The translations under genes and the position numbers were made by a program. From an uncultured Chloroflexia bacterium (GTDB lineage: Bacteria > Chloroflexota > Limnocylindria > Limnocylindrales > CSP1-4): DNA of 64,000 nucleotides. Below, piece by piece: positions 9,745-16,591 of this stretch. Numbering within the stretch: the stretch's first letter is position 1; each line of letters opens with the position of its first letter. The notes under the pieces are model-generated. The model saw only the letters and a program-made list of their open reading frames with translations. It was not told where the DNA came from and did no database searches. The stretch covers positions 10,084 to 74,083 of the forward strand of contig CAVUKR010000004.1 in NCBI GenBank assembly GCA_963742075.1, read 5' to 3'.

Positions 9745-9770
9745 TGGGACGAGGGTACATCCCGGCCTGG

Positions 9771-9794
9771 TCAGTCAGCGTCCGCCGATGTCCC
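9771..9794 (+). repeat. Array repeat copy, degenerate
   Basis: Sequence tcagtcagcgtccgccgatgtccc, about 17/24 match. Its first 3 nt are the stop codon of ORF 9771..10094. Confidence 0.5.
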
Positions 9795-10094
9795 TTGAGC
9801 CGATGGCGTCCTCTCCGACACCGAGAGGAATACGCAGGTCGCGAGTGGACGTGCACCTTCGCGAAGCACGAGTCTCGCGTTTCGGGCGGAATCGGGCTGC
9901 GATCTCAGGAAGACTGCCAGGTACGAGCAGCCGCACGGTGCCTCGTCCGGAGTGGAGTGTGGGAGCGAGACGACCACGCTGAACGCGTCGCTAACCGGCT
10001 CTTGCTCAAACGTTGCGACGAGGCGGAGGGTCTCAGGCAATTGCCGAAGACTGTCTACCACCGTAACGGAGACGGTCGCCTCTGGATCGCGCAT
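9771..10094 (-). CDS. Hypothetical protein
   Basis: Leaderless signature TAGCCT-N8-ATG(10094). 107-aa ORF. Confidence 0.45.
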   Translation of the reverse strand: MRDPEATVSVTVVDSLRQLPETLRLVATFEQEPVSDAFSVVVSLPHSTPDEAPCGCSYLAVFLRSQPDSARNARLVLREGARPLATCVFLSVSERTPSAQGTSADAD

Positions 10095-10121
10095 GCGGTC
10101 TCAGGCTACCCGACCTTGGTG

Positions 10122-10244
10122 TCGCAAAGCGTGCGCGAATGTCACCCGGTCGCGTGCTGTCAAACCTAGCGGGATGTCGAGCCACGTCGATGCGGCCATG
10201 CCGGCTCGGGCGAACCAATCTGCCGGGAGGGAAACCTATGATCG
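10122..10244 (+). repeat. Extended 123-bp repeat, copy A (starts with the 28-mer at 10122-10149)
   Basis: About 90% identical to 15570..15693, with about 11 substitutions and one 1-nt indel. Confidence 0.9.
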
Positions 10245-10267
10245 CAAAGCGTGCGCCAATGACACAT
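10242..10267 (+). repeat. Array repeat copy
   Basis: Sequence tcgcaaagcgtgcgccaatgacacat, directly abutting extended copy A. Confidence 0.9.
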
Positions 10268-10364
10268 GACCGTGCGGCCCGCTGTGATGGTTGCAGTCGG
10301 CCCTTGACGAGGTTCTGGAGCGGGCACACGATCGTGCGGACAGCGACCCGCGCAGGGGGCCAAC

Positions 10365-10583
10365 TTGGGCGATCTGGAACGGATGCTCGATCTATACGGA
10401 CCGCTCTGGATCATGATGATGCTCTGGATCGGGCTTGCGGGCGCCGTCGCAATCGCCGCGGGCCGACGGGGCTACAACCAATACATCTGGTTTTTTGGAT
10501 GCCTGGTGCTATCCCCGCTCATCGGTTTCGTGCTCCTGGCACTGCTCACTCCCGGACGCGGAGGCCCTCATCGGCCAGCCTGA
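10365..10583 (+). CDS. Small two-TM membrane protein
   Basis: The start is TTG 10365 or ATG 10383. The product is MLDLYGPLWIMMMLWIGLAGAVAIAAGRRGYNQYIWFFGCLVLSPLIGFVLLALL. Confidence 0.55.
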   Translation: MGDLERMLDLYGPLWIMMMLWIGLAGAVAIAAGRRGYNQYIWFFGCLVLSPLIGFVLLALLTPGRGGPHRPA

Positions 10584-10632
10584 CCGCGCACGTCACTGGT
10601 GACCAACGTTTATCGGCGACGTTGCCGCATCG

Positions 10633-10660
10633 TCGCAAAGCGTGCGTCAATGTCACCCGG
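10633..10660 (+). repeat. Array repeat copy
   Basis: Sequence tcgcaaagcgtgcgtcaatgtcacccgg, followed by tcgcgcg as in the extended repeat. Confidence 0.9.
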
Positions 10661-10707
10661 TCGCGCGATCGACATGGGACCCCAGAATGTCTAGCAGCGT
10701 CGGAAGG

Positions 10708-11175
10708 TCAGCTAACACGGCCGACCTGAAAGTCGCCCGTGGCGGCCTCAACGAAGCCTTCCTCCGTCAGCCGGGTCTCCATAAGGGGCAGGCCGCGCTC
10801 GATCACAACTGCAACGATCTGGGCCGTCAGGCGATCGAGGTCCGTGCATGCGTCAAGGTCCCACCAATGGTCTTCCCCGTCGTCGATCAGCTCGCCAATC
10901 CGCAGCTGCCAGCTGCAACGATAGGAAGGCGGCTTCCGACTCGGATCGTGACCCTGGGCAGCTAAGACACGGTCAAGCCCAACCCCGATATTGATTGTGA
11001 ATCGCACGTGAGCCCGTGAACCGAACTGAGACTTCTGGAAGTTGACGACCCCCCAGCCGTCCGCTCCGCGTCGATGAAAGCTCGAACCGGTCTTGGTCAA
11101 TCCGCGTCCGCGTAGGGCCGGCGCGATGTCGGTCGTCAACCACCCTGCAAATCGTTCAACGGCTGTGTCAGGCAT
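10708..11175 (-). CDS. DUF4304-like protein
   Basis: The pattern APALRGRGLTKTGSSFHRRGADGWGVVNFQKSQFGSRAHVRFTINIGV matches DUF4304 as I recall it. AGAGGG Shine-Dalgarno upstream of ATG 11175. Confidence 0.75.
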   Translation of the reverse strand: MPDTAVERFAGWLTTDIAPALRGRGLTKTGSSFHRRGADGWGVVNFQKSQFGSRAHVRFTINIGVGLDRVLAAQGHDPSRKPPSYRCSWQLRIGELIDDGEDHWWDLDACTDLDRLTAQIVAVVIERGLPLMETRLTEEGFVEAATGDFQVGRVS

Positions 11176-11267
11176 GGCGGTTGCCCTCTATCGCATTCAA
11201 TCGACAAGCGGGCCACGAGTGTACGAGCCCGGACTTGTGTCACGTCTCGTGATACAGCGTCTATCTA

Positions 11268-11293
11268 TCGCAAAGCGTGCGCCAATAACGCTT
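11268..11293 (+). repeat. Array repeat copy
   Basis: Sequence tcgcaaagcgtgcgccaataacgctt. Confidence 0.85.
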
Positions 11294-11353
11294 GAGGTCG
11301 TGCGACCAAGGCGTGGGATCTATCGGCCGATGACGATGGATATCCGTACTGAC

Positions 11354-11713
11354 CTATTCGTGAATCCCAGCGAGAGCAAGGACGCCAACGAGGATAAGTA
11401 CCACGACAAGGACACCTCCCGTGACCAATACCGCCAGCAGCCGCTCATCCATGACTGGCTGACTGGGATATCCAAGATGACGGGCGATGAGCCACGCGCC
11501 CACGACCGTGACAGCGATCACTGCGCCAGCGTTACTCGGCGCTGCGACTGCGACCAGCACCGCCAAAGAGCCCAGGCCGAGCATGATCAGAAGCCGGAGA
11601 ACCACTGGCTTCCCGAGGGTGAGTCCTGCACGCCGAGCAGCGAAGAGGGCGCCGGTGATGGCGACCACTCCAACCAACGTCGCGCCGAGGAGGACGAAGA
11701 CCTCTCGACTCAC
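11354..11713 (-). CDS. Small membrane protein (4 TM)
   Basis: 119 aa and hydrophobic. GTG 11713 overlaps the stop of the upstream small ORF (GTGA). Confidence 0.6.
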   Translation of the reverse strand: MSREVFVLLGATLVGVVAITGALFAARRAGLTLGKPVVLRLLIMLGLGSLAVLVAVAAPSNAGAVIAVTVVGAWLIARHLGYPSQPVMDERLLAVLVTGGVLVVVLILVGVLALAGIHE

Positions 11714-11868
11714 GGGATCGGGCTCGCCTTGCAGTCATCTACAGCCACGACGATTGGCAGGGCAGCCGCAAGACAGACACAGATCAGACCCGGAGCCACC
11801 AGGCGCAGCGTCCCAGCCAAGGGGTCATCCATCAGCACGACGATATCCCGCGTCCGATGTGCGGGCAA
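11710..11868 (-). CDS. Candidate 52-aa single-TM peptide, translationally coupled
   Basis: Below the ORF-track size cut-off. TAGCCT-N9-TTG(11868). The product ...LRLVAPGLICVCLAAALPIVVAV... ends with its stop overlapping the next start. Confidence 0.3.
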   Translation of the reverse strand: MPAHRTRDIVVLMDDPLAGTLRLVAPGLICVCLAAALPIVVAVDDCKASPIP

Positions 11869-11909
11869 CGATCAGGCAGGCTACGCCACGAAGAGACACG
11901 GGCCTTTGG

Positions 11910-11936
11910 TCGCAAAGCGTGCGCCAATGTCACCAG
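11910..11936 (+). repeat. Array repeat copy
   Basis: Sequence tcgcaaagcgtgcgccaatgtcaccag. Confidence 0.9.
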
Positions 11937-11958
11937 ATCGACGACGGCAAGCTTGCTT

Positions 11959-12294
11959 CTATCGGGCGATCACGACGACGATCACGGCAAGCGACAGCAC
12001 CAGTGCAGCCACCAGAGCGCTCGTGAGCCATTTGGAGCGAGGCCGATCTCGAGTCAACCAGTACGCCGCGAAGCCGGCCGACGCTGCGGCGAGCACGAGG
12101 CCCAACGCCTCGGGTGCCGGCCCTTGGAGCAGGACTGCCAGCACGACCATGACGACCGCCAGCCCAACGAACAATCGAGCGAGCCACGGGCTGGCATCGA
12201 CAACCGCCTCGCGCCCGCCGCGTTGCCAGATTGGGAAGACGACGACCATGGCGGTCACGACCATCGTCACGAGGGCGGCGTAGGCGTAGGCCAC
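11959..12294 (-). CDS. Small membrane protein (about 4 TM)
   Basis: Leaderless signature TATCCT-CTTGCC-GTG(12294). The hydrophobic product is the C-terminal part of ORF 11959..12552. Confidence 0.5.
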   Translation of the reverse strand: MAYAYAALVTMVVTAMVVVFPIWQRGGREAVVDASPWLARLFVGLAVVMVVLAVLLQGPAPEALGLVLAAASAGFAAYWLTRDRPRSKWLTSALVAALVLSLAVIVVVIAR

Positions 12295-12335
12295 GGCAAG
12301 AGGATACGCACAGTCCGCAGACAGATGAGCTGCCG

Positions 12336-12363
12336 TCTGACAGAGTGCGCCGATAACGCCAGA
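12336..12363 (+). repeat. Array repeat copy, degenerate
   Basis: Sequence tctgacagagtgcgccgataacgccaga, about 18/28 match. Confidence 0.4.
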
Positions 12364-12377
12364 GTCTGATGGGCAGG

Positions 12378-12608
12378 CTACCCAGAGGGCGTCGCGGGCC
12401 TCGGCCTCGTGACATCGCGGTGGTAGCAGCCGTCGAGTCCGTGGCCCTTGTTGCGCCAATCGTGGCGCCCGCAATTGCGAGCCTTGGGCACCACCAATCC
12501 CAGACGGTAGTACAGGACATCGGGCGTGTGCACCCGAAGCCAGGTGCGCCATCGAGCATTCCGAATGCTGAACGGATAGTCAGCAACGTCGCGGGCTGGG
12601 TCTGACAT
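12378..12608 (-). CDS. Cys/His-motif small protein (paralog of the 6604 N-terminus)
   Basis: Leaderless signature TATGCT-GAGGCC-ATG(12608). The product contains RDVADYPFSIRNARWRTWLRVHTPDVLYYRLGLVVPKARNCGRHDW...DGCYH. Confidence 0.6.
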   Translation of the reverse strand: MSDPARDVADYPFSIRNARWRTWLRVHTPDVLYYRLGLVVPKARNCGRHDWRNKGHGLDGCYHRDVTRPRPATPSG

Positions 12609-12633
12609 GGCCTCAGCATAGGTGTCGGCCAGA

Positions 12634-12661
12634 TCGCAAAGCGTGCGTCAATGTCACTTGG
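12634..12661 (+). repeat. Array repeat copy
   Basis: Sequence tcgcaaagcgtgcgtcaatgtcacttgg. Confidence 0.9.
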
Positions 12662-12723
12662 CAGTACGGGCGAACCCGCGTTCCAGGGTCGTCGAGGCTG
12701 TCTGGAAAGGAAGGTTGGTGGGG

Positions 12724-13173
12724 CTACCGAGCGGCTTGGCTCACACCCCACGCGATCAGAACGACAACAGCCACCAATCCGACGATCAGCAGCACGCCAG
12801 CCAGCGTGCCCAGATAGTCCACGAAGGGTTCAGTCACCGCCGCCCCGATGTCATCTTGCGGACCTGTCGAGGTCACGGTGCGGGACAGACGAGTCAGGAA
12901 GCGGAGCACGATGGCGAGGTAGATGCCGCCGCCGATGACCAACCCCGCTCCCAGGAGTGGCTCGGTCGCCAGCATTTGGAGTCCGACCCACGGGAGCACG
13001 ATCGCGCCGATCAGTGTCGGCACGAACATCAACCATACGAACTGACCCTGCCGAGCCATCACGCGACGAGCTGCGCAGTGGCGCACGCCGACCAGCAGTA
13101 CCACAACGGCGATCGCGACGAGGACGGGTGTCTCCATCGCGGGAAGTGTCCATCGGGAGAAGCCGCGAATCAA
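12724..13173 (-). CDS. Hypothetical membrane protein (4 TM)
   Basis: 149-aa hydrophobic ORF. The start is TTG 13173 or ATG 13137. Confidence 0.6.
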   Translation of the reverse strand: MIRGFSRWTLPAMETPVLVAIAVVVLLVGVRHCAARRVMARQGQFVWLMFVPTLIGAIVLPWVGLQMLATEPLLGAGLVIGGGIYLAIVLRFLTRLSRTVTSTGPQDDIGAAVTEPFVDYLGTLAGVLLIVGLVAVVVLIAWGVSQAAR

Positions 13174-13260
13174 TCGCGCGACGGGCCCCTCGCCTTGCGG
13201 TGTCGGCGGGCACCCGAAGCCCGATGAGCGGGAAGGGACACCCGGCAGACCTCTCTGCTA

Positions 13261-13288
13261 TCCATCAGTGTCCGTTAATGTCACCCGG
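13261..13288 (+). repeat. Array repeat copy, degenerate
   Basis: Sequence tccatcagtgtccgttaatgtcacccgg, 19/28 match. The 3' half is perfect. Confidence 0.55.
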
Positions 13289-13411
13289 GCCGTCTCACGC
13301 CCTATGTATGGAATGCGCACGTGGACTCGACCCCCGGCGCAAGGTCCGCAATCAGATCGTGAAGTAGTCGCCCTCGGAGGATCCGTGGGAACGCGGAGGG
13401 GAGACGACTGG

Positions 13412-13930
13412 GTGTCCAAGCCGATCGGGCGCGGGATCGTGGTGGTGGCGTTGGCCGCAGCCGCTCTCCTCGTCGGCATCGTGATCATCCCTCGCATGGA
13501 AAACGTCTTCGCGGGCGCGGCTGGCATTCATGACGCCGCGTCGCTACCCGAGCAGATCAACATCTGCGGGCGCAGTTGGAGCAAAGACGCGTTGAACCGC
13601 GAGTTCAGCCTGGCCGAGATCCGGGCGCGGGACGGCATCGAGCCCGTCGTCGTGGACCCTGGACTGTTCGCGTCGTGCCCGGCCGGGCCGTGCACGACGC
13701 TGGCTCAGAGCGGTCCCTGCGATACCGTGATCTGCGTGCGCGTCGGCGAGGATGCTTACCTTGACTATGCGCTCCAAGGCAGACAGTACGCGCACGCCGC
13801 CAGAGCACGTGATAGCGAAGTTGACCGAGTCGGTGGCCGTAGCGAAATATCCTTGGCTCCGCCCAGCTTGATCCTGAGCGACACGAGCCGGTTCAGGCGG
13901 TCGAGCGGGGACAGGTTCTCGGCAAGGTGA
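13412..13930 (+). CDS. Membrane-anchored Cys-rich hypothetical protein
   Basis: GGAGGGGAG lies 8 nt upstream of GTG 13412. It has a signal-anchor helix followed by ...ICGRSWSKDAL...CPAGPCTTLAQSGPCDTVICVRVGEDAYLDYALQG. The C-terminal tail may be read-through. Confidence 0.5.
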   Translation: MSKPIGRGIVVVALAAAALLVGIVIIPRMENVFAGAAGIHDAASLPEQINICGRSWSKDALNREFSLAEIRARDGIEPVVVDPGLFASCPAGPCTTLAQSGPCDTVICVRVGEDAYLDYALQGRQYAHAARARDSEVDRVGGRSEISLAPPSLILSDTSRFRRSSGDRFSAR

Positions 13931-14230
13931 TGGATCGAAGCGACAGGTCCTCGAGGTTAGTCAGGAGCGAAAGCACCTCGATGCGCTTCGCTGACCACGA
14001 GGTGAAGGATTCGAGTCCTCGGAACCGATCTGGGAGCGTCAGGTGCCAGCCTTGCTTTCGGCCGGCGCGATATCGAGGTACACGAGGGGCCGTACCCAGA
14101 TGGCCTCGGCCTGGTGGGCTCGCCACGCATTCTTGAACGAGGGGCATGCGGCCACAAAGGCGGACATCACCGGCCCCGACTGGGCTTGATGCTGGTTCTC
14201 GCTGACCGGGCCGTCGCCCACATCACCCAT
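13893..14230 (-). pseudogene. Immunity-like protein remnant (paralog of 5547..5962), frame-shifted
   Basis: Leaderless signature TATCTT-GCGACG-ATG(14230). The motif FVAACPSFKNAWRAHQ parallels LLEACPSFRDPWRDY. Coding-like sequence continues in the frame of ORF 13893..14147. Confidence 0.4.
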
Positions 14231-14255
14231 CGTCGCAAGATACGGCACCGTCGAG

Positions 14256-14284
14256 TCGCAAAGCGTGCGGGAATGTCATCCGAG
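14256..14284 (+). repeat. Array repeat copy
   Basis: Sequence tcgcaaagcgtgcgggaatgtcatccgag. Confidence 0.9.
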
Positions 14285-14438
14285 CGCTTTGGAGCCCAAT
14301 GCGCGGTAGGACGAGGCCGTGGACACGATCGTGGCGGAGACTCGGCGCAGTCGCCAAAGAGGCTCTCGCGCCGGTCCAGTACTCTCGGCCCAACAGGAAG
14401 TTGGGCGACTCGGGCAGGAACGGAGCGTGAGACCGTCC

Positions 14439-14783
14439 ATGGTCGATACCTACGGTGGCGGCCTCTTCGTGGCCACGTGTGCCGTCTCGTTCTTCGTGTT
14501 GTTCTCGACGATCCTCTCCAGCCTGTTTGTTCCCGTGGATCGGCTCACCTCGATGCCAACGTGGTATCGGACACTGACCATCCCGAGGCGAACCCGCCCG
14601 GTGCTCCTGTACTACAAGGCGGCGTGCTCCGTGTTCCTGATCCTGAGCCTGACACTGCCGCTGTTCGTGCTCCTCAAGTGGGACCAGGTCGGGGCCCAAG
14701 ACCATGTCGCCGGGGCGGCGAGTTGGATCGGGATCCTGATCTGGTCCGCCGTTCTCTGGAGGACGGTCGGCGGGGTTCGGTAG
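14439..14783 (+). CDS. Small membrane protein (about 4 TM)
   Basis: ATG 14439 lies within ORF 14319..14783. The product begins MVDTYGGGLFVATCAVSFFVLFSTILSSLFV... Confidence 0.5.
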   Translation: MVDTYGGGLFVATCAVSFFVLFSTILSSLFVPVDRLTSMPTWYRTLTIPRRTRPVLLYYKAACSVFLILSLTLPLFVLLKWDQVGAQDHVAGAASWIGILIWSAVLWRTVGGVR

Positions 14784-14803
14784 GTCGCACTTTGTCGGTC
14801 GTG

Positions 14804-14830
14804 TCGCAAGGCGTGCGCCAATGTCACCCG
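14804..14830 (+). repeat. Array repeat copy
   Basis: Sequence tcgcaaggcgtgcgccaatgtcacccg. Confidence 0.9.
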
Positions 14831-14909
14831 AGGACTCAGGGCTCGACCTGCACATGAGCCGATGAGGTCATCAGGTGGCTTTGACCTGGGCGGCATAGTC
14901 CGCGGGCTG

Positions 14910-15395
14910 TCAGCCGGTGTTCGGTGGGTACTCGCCCACCCAGTACTGCTTGATCGCGACGCCCCGCGCCCGAAGTTCGACGAACAGTTCGCGGATCCGG
15001 GGCCGGGGCCAATAGCCAAGGGTCAGCCGGGTCACGGGCACGCCATCGCGTGTCAGCCGCAACGAGGCGATGTTCTCGAGGGTGAACTCGGCCTGCGTCC
15101 GCCCGTCGAGCGCAAGCACGACGCCCGGCCGCTGGAGCAGGACCTCGATCCAGCGCCGCACCACGACCGTGTCGTCGGAGAACGTCAGCTCGCGCTGGAT
15201 GTAGAGCCAGCCGCCGTCGATGAACAGAAACGCGAACGCGGCCATCACTACGACCAGGAACCCGACCCACCACTGCTCGGTGCCTACCCGCAGCGTCGCC
15301 ATACCCCGAACGGCGACCACCACCCCGGCCACGCACACCACGACAAAGAGGATCGGCCCCGGTTGGGGCGCTGGTGGATTGACGCGCGTCGTCAC
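14910..15395 (-). CDS. Membrane protein with a soluble C-terminal domain
   Basis: GTG 15395 overlaps the stop of the upstream small ORF (GTGA). It has two TM helices and then ...LYIQRELTFSDDTVVVRRW... Confidence 0.55.
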   Translation of the reverse strand: MTTRVNPPAPQPGPILFVVVCVAGVVVAVRGMATLRVGTEQWWVGFLVVVMAAFAFLFIDGGWLYIQRELTFSDDTVVVRRWIEVLLQRPGVVLALDGRTQAEFTLENIASLRLTRDGVPVTRLTLGYWPRPRIRELFVELRARGVAIKQYWVGEYPPNTG

Positions 15396-15541
15396 GTCGC
15401 GTCTGCTCCGGCGATCCCGCTCCCGGCAGAGATGACCTCGCTCGACAGGGCCCTCATACCGAACGCATCCTCGACGATGCTGCCTGTTGCCGGTCCGTCG
15501 GCCAGGACCGCCATTGAACCGACCATTACGAAGACACGCAT
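15392..15541 (-). CDS. Candidate 49-aa leaderless small ORF
   Basis: TACCAT-N9-ATG(15541), located 13 nt after the repeat. The product is MRVFVMVGSMAVLADGPATGSIVEDAFGMRALSSEVISAGSGIAGADAT. GC3 is about 75% by hand count. Confidence 0.3.
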   Translation of the reverse strand: MRVFVMVGSMAVLADGPATGSIVEDAFGMRALSSEVISAGSGIAGADAT

Positions 15542-15569
15542 CTGGAGTCCATGGTACGGGTCGTTCTCG

Positions 15570-15693
15570 TCGCAAAGCGTGCGCGAATGTCACCCGGTCG
15601 CGCGCTGTCAAACCTAGCCGGATGTCAAGCCACGTCGATGCGGCGAGGCCGGCTCGGCGCGAACCAAGTTGCCGGGCAAGAAACCTATGATCG
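15570..15693 (+). repeat. Extended 124-bp repeat, copy B (starts with the 28-mer at 15570-15597)
   Basis: About 90% identical to 10122..10244. Confidence 0.9.
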
Positions 15694-16288
15694 TGGAGTG
15701 AACATCTTCCAGATCGTCCTCGTTCTTGCCGTCTTGATCCTGTGGCTCTTACTCCTCAACTCGTGGCGGTTGAGGAACTGGCGGGCAGTAACCTTGGGTG
15801 CGGTTGGGACGATCGTGTTCCTGGCCGCCGGGATGCTTCCCAGCTCGGTCCGGGAAGTGGCTCAACCTGGCATCTGTTTCGTGTTCGTGTGGGTCTTCCT
15901 GTTCCGGCCGGGGCTCGTCGGCGTGATGCCCCCGGAGGAGTACGACTATGTCGATGCGCACATCCAGATCTTGCGGCGGATCGATCGGCGGAAGCACGCC
16001 TCCGATCGACCCGACCCGACGACCGCTCTCCGCGAATACGAGTCGGACGTACGATCGCTCGAAGCACTCGACGCGCCGCTGGCATGGTCGAAACTCCACC
16101 GGGACACGGTTCGAGAGCTGGAGCGACGATTGACCGCCATGAAGGCAGGAACGCTGCGGTCCCCTGAAGACTTGCGGCCATTTGACGACCGCTGGCTCGA
16201 GGTCGGGCAACTCTTCCGGGACACCCTGAGGGCCAGGGCTGGGTTCTGGACTGGCTGGCCCCATTTGGTCCGACGCTCGGGGTCGTAG
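15689..16288 (+). CDS. Membrane protein with a helical cytoplasmic C-terminal domain
   Basis: GTG 15689 starts VNIFQIVLVLAVLILWLLLLN... The same frame is also open back to the ATG inside the 28-mer. Confidence 0.55.
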   Translation, partial: DRGVNIFQIVLVLAVLILWLLLLNSWRLRNWRAVTLGAVGTIVFLAAGMLPSSVREVAQPGICFVFVWVFLFRPGLVGVMPPEEYDYVDAHIQILRRIDRRKHASDRPDPTTALREYESDVRSLEALDAPLAWSKLHRDTVRELERRLTAMKAGTLRSPEDLRPFDDRWLEVGQLFRDTLRARAGFWTGWPHLVRRSGS

Positions 16289-16297
16289 ACAGCGTCA

Positions 16298-16325
16298 TCG
16301 CAATGCGTGCGCCAATGTCACCTGG
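16298..16325 (+). repeat. Array repeat copy
   Basis: Sequence tcgcaatgcgtgcgccaatgtcacctgg, 10 nt after stop 16288. Confidence 0.9.
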
Positions 16326-16401
16326 CGAGCTTCGTCGACGGATAGGCAGCCTGTGGCAAGCTCTGGCGCTGAGACTCGGGAGCTTTCAACCAACTCTGCG
16401 G

Positions 16402-16428
16402 TCAGACAGCGTCCGCCAACGTCGCCTG
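16402..16428 (+). repeat. Array repeat copy, degenerate
   Basis: Sequence tcagacagcgtccgccaacgtcgcctg, about 19/27 match. It resembles the copy at 9771. Confidence 0.45.
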
Positions 16429-16566
16429 ACATGATCGACCGTCGACAGCCAGGACCTCGTAGGGCGGCCCCGGTGCCCCGGCCGGACAATGAACCGTCAC
16501 GTATCGGCGCTGCTTAGGCACGGCGTCTCGGCACGCGCTGCGGTCACGATCCCGAGAAGCGTCCAT
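16402..16566 (-). CDS. Candidate 54-aa leaderless ORF (possibly a remnant)
   Basis: TACCCT-CGGCGC-ATG(16566), located 13 nt after repeat 16592. The stop lies inside degenerate repeat 16402. Confidence 0.25.
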   Translation of the reverse strand: MDASRDRDRSACRDAVPKQRRYVTVHCPAGAPGPPYEVLAVDGRSCQATLADAV

Positions 16567-16591
16567 GCGCCGAGGGTACAGCGCCCCGGCA

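Noticed and set aside
10139-15700. The ATG inside the repeat (CCAATGTCACC) as the start of a conserved MSPGR... peptide
   Set aside because: The downstream frames differ between copies. An indel between the two extended copies breaks the frame. Most such ORFs are short or antisense to hydrophobic-protein genes.
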